A stretch of 64,000 nucleotides of DNA from Clostridia bacterium (GTDB lineage: Bacteria > Bacillota > Clostridia > Christensenellales > CAG-314). Both the position numbers and the translations under genes were made by a program. How positions within the stretch are numbered: the stretch's first letter is position 1; each line of letters opens with the position of its first letter. A model generated the notes under the pieces. That model saw nothing but the letters and a program-made list of their open reading frames with translations, ran no database searches and was not told the origin of the DNA. The DNA lies in NCBI GenBank assembly GCA_017409765.1, contig JAFQSA010000044.1, positions 4,406-68,405 of the forward strand, written 5' to 3'. Below, one piece after another: positions 33,368 through 41,983 of the stretch.

Positions 33368-33485
33368 AAGTTTGTTAGATATTTGTTTCAAGACCACAAA
33401 ACGCAGGTTGCGCATTATGGTAAACGTGACGCACGCACAAGCGCCAACGTCAACGGAATTGTGTCAAAAATTAACCACGTATCCC

Positions 33486-34769
33486 TTATTTTTTGATGGG
33501 AACAAGTTTTTCCAAACCGCCCATGTACTTACGGAGTACTTCGGGGATGGTAACGGAGCCATCAGCATTTTGGTTTTGTTCAAGTAGTGCAGGGAACACA
33601 CGGCTTGTTGCAAGACCGCTTGCGTTAAGTGTGTGCATGTAGTCAAGTTTTTTGTCGCTTTCTCTGCGGTAGCGCATGTTACCACGGCGTGCTTGGTAGC
33701 ATCTTGCATTACTTGCGGAAGAAACTTCCTTGTAGATGTTCATGGATGGGATGTAGATTTCGATGTCGTAGGTGCGCGCCATACTGTCCGAGCAGTCGCC
33801 TGCGGCAAGCTTACTTAGTTGATAGTGCAATCCAAGACCTTCCACAAGCCCACAAGCCATGCCAACCATTTCTTCAAATGCAGCATCACTTTGTTCAGGT
33901 GTTGTGTATTGGAACAATTCCACCTTGTTGAATTGGTGACCGCGGATCATACCACGCTCTTCTGCGCGGTAACTACCAGCCTCACGACGGAAACAAGCAG
34001 AGTAACCAAAGAACTTACGTGGAAGTTGACTTTCTGGCAAAATTTCATCACGGTACAAGTTTACAAGCGCAGTTTCCGCTGTTGGCAAAAGGAACTTTTT
34101 GCCGTCAGCATTTGCAAGTTGGTAAACGTCATCTTCAAACTTGGGGAATTGACCAGCAGTAAGACCACATTCATAACTGAGCATGTATGGTGGGAGCATA
34201 AATTCGTAGCCCTTTGCAATGTGACTATCAATAAAGTAGTTCAACAATGCCCATTCCAAACGCGCGCCAAGACCTGTGTAGATCCAACTACCGTTACCAG
34301 CCAATTTTGCGCCACGTTCGTAGTCGATCAACCCCAAACTCTTTGCAAGTTCAACGTGATCCTTTGGTTGGAAGTCGAAATGTGGTTTTTCGCCAAACAC
34401 CTTGATGGGTTTGTTGTTTTCCTTGCCACCTGCAAGCAAATCTTCGTCTGGCAAGTTAGGCAATCTCAACAAAAAGTCGCGGATTTTTTCGTTAACTTCG
34501 TTAAGTTGGACATCAAGCTCGGCAATCTTGTCACCAAGAGCCTTCATTTCTGCAATAACGCCACTAACGTCTTGTCCTTGCTTTTTGAGTTGAGGGATTT
34601 GGCCGGAAACCTTGTTGCGTTCCGCTTTCATGCCTTCAACTTTTGCAATCAAACTCTTGCGTTCTTCGTCAAGTTGCAAAAATGCGCTAAAGTCAATATC
34701 TTTGCCACGGCGGAGATATCTTTGTCTAACCGCTTCGGCGTCTTGTCTAATCAAATTAACATCAATCAT
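33486..34769 (-). CDS. serS: seryl-tRNA synthetase
   Basis: 427 aa with an N-terminal coiled-coil arm and class II motifs (CFRREAGSYRAEERGMIRGHQFNKVE, GLATSR). Confidence 0.95.
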   Translation of the reverse strand: MIDVNLIRQDAEAVRQRYLRRGKDIDFSAFLQLDEERKSLIAKVEGMKAERNKVSGQIPQLKKQGQDVSGVIAEMKALGDKIAELDVQLNEVNEKIRDFLLRLPNLPDEDLLAGGKENNKPIKVFGEKPHFDFQPKDHVELAKSLGLIDYERGAKLAGNGSWIYTGLGARLEWALLNYFIDSHIAKGYEFMLPPYMLSYECGLTAGQFPKFEDDVYQLANADGKKFLLPTAETALVNLYRDEILPESQLPRKFFGYSACFRREAGSYRAEERGMIRGHQFNKVELFQYTTPEQSDAAFEEMVGMACGLVEGLGLHYQLSKLAAGDCSDSMARTYDIEIYIPSMNIYKEVSSASNARCYQARRGNMRYRRESDKKLDYMHTLNASGLATSRVFPALLEQNQNADGSVTIPEVLRKYMGGLEKLVPIKK

Positions 34770-34803
34770 TGTAGTTTACCTCGATTGTTATTTTCCATCC
34801 ACC

Positions 34804-34832
34804 ATTTTAGCACATCAAAACTAATTTTGCAA
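34804..34832 (-). promoter_or_regulatory. sigma-A promoter of serS (short leader, no T-box)
   Basis: Minus strand reads TTGCAA, 17-nt spacer, TAAAAT. Confidence 0.55.
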
Positions 34833-34935
34833 TCTTTTGGTAAGCATATTACCACAAAAGATAACAAAACAATGCCAAACCCCTTGCCCAAACCCCTTCT
34901 TTTTGCCAATTTTACCATTTCAATGGGCAAAACAG

Positions 34936-34964
34936 TTGAATAACCCAAAACTTTGTGGTAAAAT
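34936..34964 (+). promoter_or_regulatory. sigma-A promoter of cysS (extended -10)
   Basis: TTGAAT, 17-nt spacer ending TGTGG, TAAAAT. Confidence 0.55.
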
Positions 34965-35009
34965 AGAGTAGACAAAATACATCCTAAACAAAAATTGGAG
35001 ATGACAAAA

Positions 35010-36401
35010 ATGCAACTACGAGTTTACAACACTCTCAACCGCAAAAAGGAAGAGCTTATTCCCATCAAACCTGGACAAGTAGGTATCTACTCTTGCGGTC
35101 CAACAGTCTACAAATATGCACACATCGGTAACCTTCGCGCTTACGTGTTTATGGACGAACTTCGTCGCGTATTGGAGTACGACGGCATGAAGGTTAAGTC
35201 CGTCATGAACATCACCGACGTAGGCCACCTTGTGTCCGATGCTGACGACGGCGAGGACAAAATGCAAAAGTCCGCCAACGAAACTGGCAAATCCCCATTG
35301 GAAATTGCCGCTTTCTACACCGACCAATTCATGAAGGATATCGATGCCCTAAACATCAAGCGCCCAACCATCACGCCCAAGGCAACTGATAACATTCCCG
35401 AAATGCTCAAGGTTGTCGAAGACCTTTTGGAAAAGGGCTACGCCTACGAAACGGAAGACGGTATCTACTTCTCCGTTGAAAAGTTCCCCAACTACGGTCG
35501 CCTTTCCGGTATCAATTTGGACGACCAACGTCACGGCGCACGCGTAGAAGTCAACACCTTCAAGCGTCACCCAATCGACTTCGCATTGTGGAAAAAGGCG
35601 GCGCCAAACCACCTTCAACAATGGCCAAGTCCATGGGGTATGGGCTTCCCAGGTTGGCACATCGAGTGCACAGCCATGAGCAAAAAGTACCTTGGCGCAA
35701 CCTTCGACATCCACACCGGCGGTGTAGACCACATCCCCATCCACCACGAAAACGAAATTGCCCAAGCAGAGTGCTGGCTTGGTTGCCGTCCAGTAAACTA
35801 CTGGATGCACAGCGAGTTTATGCTTATTGACGGTGGCAAGATGAGTAAATCCCTTGGCAACACCTACACCGTTAGCGACATCGTTGAGCGTGGCTACGCG
35901 CCAGTTATGTTTAGATACTTCTGCCTAAACGTTCAATACCGCCAAAAGATCAACTTCACTTGGGAAGGTATGGAAGGCGCAAAAAATGCCTACAACAAAC
36001 TTTGCGCACAACTTTGGGCACACAAAACAAGCAACGTTCCTACCGACAAAGCAGTTTTGGACGACTACACAAAGAAGTTCGAAGATGCCATCAACGACGA
36101 CTTGAACATCCCACTTGCAATTGGTGTACTTTGGACAATGCTCAAGGAGCCCAAGTCCAAGGATATCTACAACTTGGCCTTGAAGTTCGACAAAGTTTTT
36201 GCTTTGGATTTCGACAAAATCAAGGAACCCGAGCGCCCCAAAATTGACGTTCCTGCAAACATCACAGCCCTTGCGGAAGAACGCTTGCTAGCACGCAAAG
36301 CAAAGAACTGGGCGGAAAGTGACCGCTTGCGCGACCAAATCAACGCGCTTGGCTACGCCATCAAGGACACAGCCACCGGCTACGAAATCACCTTGAAATA
36401 A
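35010..36401 (+). CDS. cysS: cysteinyl-tRNA synthetase
   Basis: Begins [18 protein letters not shown] and KMSKS motifs are present. ATG 35010 lies 8 nt after GGAGA; the track ORF starts 5 codons earlier at TTG. Confidence 0.9.
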   Translation: MQLRVYNTLNRKKEELIPIKPGQVGIYSCGPTVYKYAHIGNLRAYVFMDELRRVLEYDGMKVKSVMNITDVGHLVSDADDGEDKMQKSANETGKSPLEIAAFYTDQFMKDIDALNIKRPTITPKATDNIPEMLKVVEDLLEKGYAYETEDGIYFSVEKFPNYGRLSGINLDDQRHGARVEVNTFKRHPIDFALWKKAAPNHLQQWPSPWGMGFPGWHIECTAMSKKYLGATFDIHTGGVDHIPIHHENEIAQAECWLGCRPVNYWMHSEFMLIDGGKMSKSLGNTYTVSDIVERGYAPVMFRYFCLNVQYRQKINFTWEGMEGAKNAYNKLCAQLWAHKTSNVPTDKAVLDDYTKKFEDAINDDLNIPLAIGVLWTMLKEPKSKDIYNLALKFDKVFALDFDKIKEPERPKIDVPANITALAEERLLARKAKNWAESDRLRDQINALGYAIKDTATGYEITLK

Positions 36402-36508
36402 CTCTTTCGCAGGCATTAACTGCAAACATGTATTGCATTTGCCTCTTGCTTCGAGATAAGTGTCAATGCAGTAGCAGAGAGGGTTATCAACATCAAAACA
36501 ACATCTCA

Positions 36509-36538
36509 AAAGACCTTGCAAATCGCAAGGTCTTTTTT
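36509..36538 (+). terminator. terminator of cysS
   Basis: AAGACCTTGC/GCAAGGTCTT stem plus a T-run. Confidence 0.8.
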
Positions 36539-36656
36539 GTTTTGAAAAATCGATTTATTCCAAAAAACACACCACGTATCCCCAAAAAACACACATCTGG
36601 CGTGCAAAACAGTTTACATATTTCCCATTTATCTTCAAATACCACAAAGCACTATC

Positions 36657-36685
36657 GTAGGGCCCGTATCCCTGACTGCCCGCAT
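36657..36685 (+). repeat. GTAG-REP-like unit (degenerate stem)
   Basis: GTAGGGCCCGTATCCCTGACTGCCCGCAT. Confidence 0.5.
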
Positions 36686-36743
36686 ACTGTCACTTACCAA
36701 ATTTTATCTCATCACAACTTTTTCTGCTACTATCGCAATTTCC

Positions 36744-36772
36744 GCATATTTCCCATGCCAACCGCATACAAT
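36744..36772 (+). promoter_or_regulatory. mother-cell (sigma-E-type) promoter candidate for yabP-yabQ-divIC
   Basis: GCATATT, 14-nt spacer, CATACAAT, matching the Bacillus sigma-E consensus (kmATATT / CATACAhT). The implied leader is very short, so this is tentative. Confidence 0.4.
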
Positions 36773-36790
36773 TCCCCAAAGGAGTTTTCC

Positions 36791-37036
36791 GTGGAAAAAT
36801 CTCACAGTTTATGTTTTGCCAACAACACTCTAACCATCAATGGCGTTGTGCAGGTCGTGGAGGTGGACGAAAAGGAAGGCCACTTCAAATTGGAAAAATG
36901 CACCCTCGTTATCAAGGGCGCAGGCATCAACATTGCCAAACTAGACAAAGACCAAGGTATCGTTGTGTTGGAACTAAAGACTCTCTCAAACATCGCCTAC
37001 AAACAAACGCCAACACTCAAGGGGTTGTTCCGTTGA
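36791..37036 (+). CDS. yabP: sporulation protein YabP
   Basis: GTG start 6 nt after AAGGAG. 81 aa with the YabP pattern (LTINGVVQVVEVDEKEGHFKLEKCTLVIKGAGINIAKLDKDQGIVVLEL). Only the last 81 codons of the 202-aa track ORF are credible. Confidence 0.8.
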   Translation: MEKSHSLCFANNTLTINGVVQVVEVDEKEGHFKLEKCTLVIKGAGINIAKLDKDQGIVVLELKTLSNIAYKQTPTLKGLFR

Positions 37037-37377
37037 CGCTGGGCAAAGGCATCGAGCAACTGCAAATTTTCGGCACGTTTTGGGCGCTTGCCACAGTTGC
37101 AACGGTTGTCTACCTGTTTGTAAATGGCTTTGTCAAAACGCAACTAGCAAGGATAATTGTGGATTTGATCTTTTCCCTTTTTGCAGCCCCTGCCTTTTGG
37201 ATTGCCAACGTCCACTTCAACAATGGCGAGTTTCGTTTGTTCGTGTTTTTGGCGGTTGCACTTGGTGTTGCAACAAGTTATATTTGTTTTCGCAGTACAC
37301 TTGACAAACTCTCCGCAAAGTTGTATAATTTGTTCACTACAAAAAAGGTGGACAACAATGGAAAAACTATTTTATAA
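37033..37377 (+). CDS. yabQ: spore cortex biosynthesis protein YabQ
   Basis: Membrane protein in the canonical position after yabP. The TTG start overlaps the yabP stop and is uncertain. Confidence 0.65.
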   Translation: MTLGKGIEQLQIFGTFWALATVATVVYLFVNGFVKTQLARIIVDLIFSLFAAPAFWIANVHFNNGEFRLFVFLAVALGVATSYICFRSTLDKLSAKLYNLFTTKKVDNNGKTIL

Positions 37378-37657
37378 AAAGGGAACATCCGTATTGATTA
37401 TCGCAATGGTCTTGGTTGTGGTAATTTTGCTTTGCATGTTGCTCACTTTCTTGGCGCAAGAGGCAGCATTCAAACAACAAGCAGAGGATCTTAATAATCG
37501 TATCGCTCAAGCGAAAGAAGCTATTAAAAATCAACAAGAAATAATTGATTTTAAGCAAACAGATGCCTACATCATCGAGTGGGCTGTAGCTCATGGACTT
37601 ATTAGTCAAGACGACTATCTGTTTGTGCAAGATTTACTACCTAAAGAAGGTAATTAA
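37358..37657 (+). CDS. divIC: septum formation initiator DivIC/FtsB family
   Basis: ATG follows AAGGTGGA. One TM helix plus a coiled coil. Matches yabP-yabQ-divIC synteny. Confidence 0.75.
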   Translation: MEKLFYKKGTSVLIIAMVLVVVILLCMLLTFLAQEAAFKQQAEDLNNRIAQAKEAIKNQQEIIDFKQTDAYIIEWAVAHGLISQDDYLFVQDLLPKEGN

Positions 37658-37671
37658 CTTTTGAATCTCAC

Positions 37672-37704
37672 AACTCGGCCAAATTTGGCCGAGTTTTTTA
37701 TTTT
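37672..37704 (+). terminator. rho-independent terminator
   Basis: Perfect palindrome AACTCGGCCAAATTTGGCCGAGTT followed by TTTTATTTT. Confidence 0.8.
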
Positions 37705-37910
37705 GTTTTAAGTGGATTGCGGTTTACACCGCAAGTATCTTTTCCTAAACCAAGCGTCAAAAAACAAATTTGCAGTCTTGCTCAACTCCAATCAAAAGTT
37801 TGTAAGTCGCATTTCTAACAAACGCATCCCACGTTTTGATGTTTTTGCGCACAAAACAACCACAAAAGCCACCAATTTTCAAATTTATTTGCACAAATTT
37901 TTGCTATCTA

Positions 37911-37939
37911 TTGACCGATTGACAATAAATTGATATACT
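37911..37939 (+). promoter_or_regulatory. sigma-A-type promoter
   Basis: TTGACC, 17-nt spacer, TATACT. Confidence 0.5.
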
Positions 37940-37981
37940 TTAGTTGAACAAATTTGCAATTTGGTCGAAGGAAAACAAACT

Positions 37982-39157
37982 ATGGCAAAAAAACGCGTCA
38001 AAAAACCCAAACTAGCAAGCAAGTTTTTGCTTAACGTTCTTGCAACGTTTTGGGGCAAACCATATTTTACAAAAAAGGTCAAACTTGTTGATGACGGCAC
38101 GCTCCGCAACATCAAGCCACCTTACATTGTCATCGCCAACCATGCTGGTTTTGCCGACGTTGGTGGACTTATGATGCTTTCCCGCCCAAATTACCCCAAT
38201 TTTATCGCGTCCATCACCCAAATTGTCAAGTGGCCCAAACTTATCTACAACTTGGGCGTACTCCCCAAAAAACAATTTACCGTGGATACGTCCCTTGTGC
38301 GCGATATCAAGTATGTACTTTCACGCAATCGTAGCGTTGCAATCTTCCCCGAGGCAAAACTTTCGGTAGTGGGCACACCAAGCCCCATCAAGCCGGCAAT
38401 TGCCAAACTCATCAAACTACTAAAAGCTCCCCTTGTAACGGTTTGCTTCCACGGAAACTACATCCACAAGCCACGTTGGGCAAGTACAAAACGCTTTTGT
38501 CCAATGACAGCCGATGTAAAAGTTGCCGTCACCGCGGAGGAAATCAAAACCCTCTCCGTGGAGGAAATTCACACACGTATCCTCAAAAATCTCAACTACG
38601 ACGACTACCAATACCAACTTGATAACCAAATCGAGATAACGGATGACCACCTTGTGGAAGGTCTAAACGGTATCTTGTACAAGTGCCCAACTTGCGGTTC
38701 AGAGTTTGTAATGACCGCCCACGGCGACACTCTCGAGTGCGCAAAGTGTGGTGCAACTGTCACCCAAAACAAGTATGGTGCATTGGTTGGCGGAAAGTTC
38801 GACAAAGTAACCGATTGGTACGCTTGGCAACGCAGTTGTGTTGCGGAGGAAATCAAGGAGGACAATTTTGTTGTTCAAGATGATTTCCGCGCGGAAATGC
38901 TCGTCGGCAAAAATTACGTCGATTGTGGATTGTGCCACATCACGTGCGATAACAACGCGCTAACTGTATCTGGTGGCGTGGAAATCACCTACAAACGCGG
39001 TGCTTTCTACACACTTTCCTTCGATAACGAGTTTTTGTATCTGCCAACGGACAAGGCCGTCTACCGCTTTAGGCGTTTGAACAACTTTGGCATCACAACC
39101 AAGTTCAATCTTGCCATCGAGGAGCAAGCCACCTTGGACGAAAACTCCACCAAGTAA
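37982..39157 (+). CDS. PlsC-family acyltransferase with a C-terminal zinc-ribbon region
   Basis: HX4D motif NHAGFAD, FPEA motif and CPTCG...CAKCG. The ATG follows AAGGAA. Confidence 0.8.
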   Translation: MAKKRVKKPKLASKFLLNVLATFWGKPYFTKKVKLVDDGTLRNIKPPYIVIANHAGFADVGGLMMLSRPNYPNFIASITQIVKWPKLIYNLGVLPKKQFTVDTSLVRDIKYVLSRNRSVAIFPEAKLSVVGTPSPIKPAIAKLIKLLKAPLVTVCFHGNYIHKPRWASTKRFCPMTADVKVAVTAEEIKTLSVEEIHTRILKNLNYDDYQYQLDNQIEITDDHLVEGLNGILYKCPTCGSEFVMTAHGDTLECAKCGATVTQNKYGALVGGKFDKVTDWYAWQRSCVAEEIKEDNFVVQDDFRAEMLVGKNYVDCGLCHITCDNNALTVSGGVEITYKRGAFYTLSFDNEFLYLPTDKAVYRFRRLNNFGITTKFNLAIEEQATLDENSTK

Positions 39158-39220
39158 CACCAAAACCACCCCAAAGGGTGCACTTTTGTATCCCTTAACT
39201 ACCACTAAAGGAGGTTTACC

Positions 39221-40108
39221 GTGTCACGTACGCTAAGTAAACTTTTTGTAAAAATCAATTTTACGGTGTATGCCGTCAACTTTGCCGTACTGTTTGTGGC
39301 AATGATGATGCTTCTTTCGGCAACAAACAACTTGGCAATCTATGCAATACCAGGCATATTTTTGTGCGGTATCATTTGCCTAGTGTATCCCGAGTTTTTC
39401 AACGTTGTAGCAGGCGCATTCAATATGGAACAAGTTTCCAGCCCAACTCCAACTGTTGCGTTCGAGCACATCGGCCAAATTATCAAACATGCTTTCAATG
39501 CTGACTACTCCTACCTAAAGGATAACGGCATTGTTGTTGCTTGCTTTTGCGCAGTTCTTTGTTGGATTGTTGGTATCATTTGCATCTGTCAACAACCCAA
39601 GCTGGACAAAATTGTCAACAGCCCAATGGACTGGTACAAACGCAAAGCCTTTCCAACGTTTGCCTACGCAGTTTTTGGCGGTATCTACGGCATTGCAATG
39701 TGCGTTGGCGCAGGCGCAGTAACTTTTGCTAGCCAAAAACTTTCCGGCGGATTGCTCACGTTTGCTTGGTACTTCCTCATTTGCGGAGTTGCCATCATTG
39801 CAGGTGTTGCCATTTTGATTGTCGAACGCTTTTTGTCCATCCAAATTTTCGATGCGCTCAGCCCCGAAGAACAAGTTGCCATTTGCGAAAAACAGGCCAA
39901 ATACATGAACAAACGCCAACGTCGTCGTCAAGTGCGCCGTCTTGGTGATGATGCCCGCATTGACAACGGCAATAGTGCCGACACAAAACGCAACGACAAA
40001 AAACGTCGTAGCAAAAAGTCCAAAGGCAAACAAGTGGATACCGACGTGGTAGTGGATGCTCGCGTCGAACCCGTTGAGCCTACCGATATCCCTCGCGAAG
40101 AGGAGTAA
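39221..40108 (+). CDS. hypothetical polytopic membrane protein with a Lys/Arg-rich C-terminal tail
   Basis: GTG start 6 nt after AAGGAGG, about 6 TM helices, tail KRQRRRQVRR...KKRRSKKSKGK. Confidence 0.75.
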   Translation: MSRTLSKLFVKINFTVYAVNFAVLFVAMMMLLSATNNLAIYAIPGIFLCGIICLVYPEFFNVVAGAFNMEQVSSPTPTVAFEHIGQIIKHAFNADYSYLKDNGIVVACFCAVLCWIVGIICICQQPKLDKIVNSPMDWYKRKAFPTFAYAVFGGIYGIAMCVGAGAVTFASQKLSGGLLTFAWYFLICGVAIIAGVAILIVERFLSIQIFDALSPEEQVAICEKQAKYMNKRQRRRQVRRLGDDARIDNGNSADTKRNDKKRRSKKSKGKQVDTDVVVDARVEPVEPTDIPREEE

Positions 40109-40132
40109 TTTTCAACTTATCAAACAATTTTG

Positions 40133-40160
40133 CGACAGGTCAACACCTGTCGTTTTTTTT
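40133..40160 (+). terminator. rho-independent terminator
   Basis: CGACAGGT-caac-ACCTGTCG stem plus a T8 run. Confidence 0.8.
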
Positions 40161-40248
40161 GTTCAAAATGCATTTTTTTGCGACACGTGCATAGTTTTTT
40201 GCGGTAAACCCATACTAAAAGCACAACTAACAAGGAGGATTTTTCAGC

Positions 40249-40503
40249 GTGAACAAGACTTTCAATGCGTTTTCCGTCATTGCACTTGTGCTAACAATCG
40301 TTGGCGCGCTCAACTGGTTGCTTGTGGGCATTTTCGACTTTAACCTCGTAACTTGGATCACAATGGGCACAACTTGGTTGATCAACGCCATCTACATCGT
40401 GGTTGGTATTGCCGGCATCTTTATGCTTATTTGGTTGTTTACCGCTCGTGGCAAAATGGTCTGCAATGACTACGACAACAAGTACACTCAACGTAGATAC
40501 TAA
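40249..40503 (+). CDS. DUF378 (YuzA-like) small membrane protein
   Basis: 84 aa with two TM helices and the GALNWLLVG signature. The GTG start follows AAGGAGG. Confidence 0.8.
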   Translation: MNKTFNAFSVIALVLTIVGALNWLLVGIFDFNLVTWITMGTTWLINAIYIVVGIAGIFMLIWLFTARGKMVCNDYDNKYTQRRY

Positions 40504-40630
40504 TTTTTATGCAAAACTTGTGCTTAACGGCTACAAAACTAGCCACTAAGCGCAACAAAACAACATGGTAGCAGTTTTGATATTGACGAACAACCTTGTC
40601 GATTTCCCAAATTGCTACCCACTAATCAAA

Positions 40631-40657
40631 GGTCAACAGCATTGTTGACCTTTTTTT
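40631..40657 (+). terminator. rho-independent terminator
   Basis: GGTCAACA-gcat-TGTTGACC stem plus a T7 run. Confidence 0.7.
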
Positions 40658-40780
40658 GGCTTGCTCAAAAGTCCTGTGTGTTTTTTGACGGAACAATACT
40701 GCGATTTTCAATTCTGTAGGGTCTGCGGCCTCGACTGTACGCAAAGCCCACGGTCTTGGCAACAAAATGCTTCCAATGCC

Positions 40781-40809
40781 GTAGGGGCGGATTCCATATC
40801 CGCCCGCAC
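40781..40809 (+). repeat. GTAG-REP hairpin
   Basis: GTAGGGGCGGATTCCATATCCGCCCGCAC. Confidence 0.8.
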
Positions 40810-40818
40810 CTTACAAAC

Positions 40819-40937
40819 GCCTCTCACTTTGGGAACGCGATGCGTAAAGCAAACAGTCCTGTGAACTGTTTGTAGCTAAAGCGTCGAAGCAAGCTGTGCT
40901 TGCGAGAAATGGCAGTCGTACGACTGACGGAGAGGGC
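40819..40937 (+). repeat. expanded variant of the composite repeat
   Basis: GCCTCTCACTTTGGGAA, then about 85 nt containing several hairpins, then GGCAGTCGTACGACTGACGGAGAGGGC. Confidence 0.55.
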
Positions 40938-41055
40938 TGCTAACTGCACATCCCTTTTTCGCAAGCCCCTTGCTTTCTAGTTCTGTTTTCGATATCTAAC
41001 CACAGCAATTTCAAACAAAAAGTTTAGTATTTGTAAAAAAAGTTTTGTCAAACAA

Positions 41056-41084
41056 TTGACAATATGTTACATATTGACTATACT
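41056..41084 (+). promoter_or_regulatory. near-consensus sigma-A promoter far upstream of the puuR-like/pot operon
   Basis: TTGACA, 17-nt spacer, TATACT. Confidence 0.5.
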
Positions 41085-41437
41085 CATAACATGTTACCCA
41101 AGGTAAACAAATTTTTATTGTATATGTTGGTGGTCGTGCCAACGCCGTGAAATACGGCAGTACTCTAAATATCATGTTTTCCGTTGGGTATTTTTTTTGT
41201 CTTGCTCGCAATGTCTATTTGCTTTTTGTCGGCAAACCGACTGCGCAATCTTCCACATTTTGCTCAGTTACAGACGTTCCACGTATGCGCCTTCGCAACA
41301 ATGCGGTTCTTGCTTGCGCTTTATCCGTCAAAGCGCACGAGCGCTAACCAACTATCCATTGCTCGCAAGCCATTTTTTTGTGGCATTTATCAACTACTTT
41401 CGCGAAAAAACACTAATTGTTTACATCGAGGTCGAAA

Positions 41438-41974
41438 ATGATAGAAATTGGACGAAAATTGAAACAATATCGACTGCAACTGGGGCTCACTCAAGAGGAA
41501 CTTGCCAGCCGAACGGAACTTACCAAAGGCTACATTTCCCAATTGGAAAATGACCTTTGTTCCCCATCAATTGCCACCCTTCAAGACATCTTGGAAGTGC
41601 TTGGCGTAACGTTGGAGCAATTTTTTGCCACACCCAAGGCGGAAAAAGTCGTCTACCACCAAAGCGACTACTTTGTGTCGCAAAACGAAGGTGGCACAAA
41701 CACTTGGCTGATACCCAACTCGCAAGTCAAGGATATCGAACCTATCATTTTGACGTTGCCACCACAAACGCAATGTGCCGAGCGATTGCCCTTCGAGGGG
41801 GAAGAGTTTGGCTACGTGTTGCAAGGCACAATCGAAATAATTACCCCAACGGAAAAATTCAAAGTTAAAAAGGGCGAAAGTTTTTCCATCAACGGACAAA
41901 AACAACACCTTATCAAAAACACTACCAAAAGCGAAAGCAAAGTTTTGTGGGTAACAACCCCATCAAACTTTTAG
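41438..41974 (+). CDS. XRE-HTH + cupin transcriptional regulator (PuuR-like)
   Basis: HTH LGLTQEELASRTELTKGYISQLEN plus a C-terminal cupin barrel. The ATG follows GAGG; the track ORF starts 7 codons earlier at TTG. Confidence 0.8.
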   Translation: MIEIGRKLKQYRLQLGLTQEELASRTELTKGYISQLENDLCSPSIATLQDILEVLGVTLEQFFATPKAEKVVYHQSDYFVSQNEGGTNTWLIPNSQVKDIEPIILTLPPQTQCAERLPFEGEEFGYVLQGTIEIITPTEKFKVKKGESFSINGQKQHLIKNTTKSESKVLWVTTPSNF

Positions 41975-41983
41975 GAGGCCACC

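Noticed and set aside
34770-35009. T-box leaders upstream of the divergent serS and cysS genes.
   Set aside because: Only about 240 bp is shared by both genes. Clear promoters sit 25-45 nt from each start, and there is no T-box sequence (AANNNGGUGGNACCGCG-like), specifier hairpin or terminator.
36428-36790. N-terminal 121 codons of the 202-aa track ORF upstream of yabP.
   Set aside because: This part crosses the cysS terminator, a REP unit and the promoter region. YabP homology begins only at the GTG at 36791, which has a good SD.
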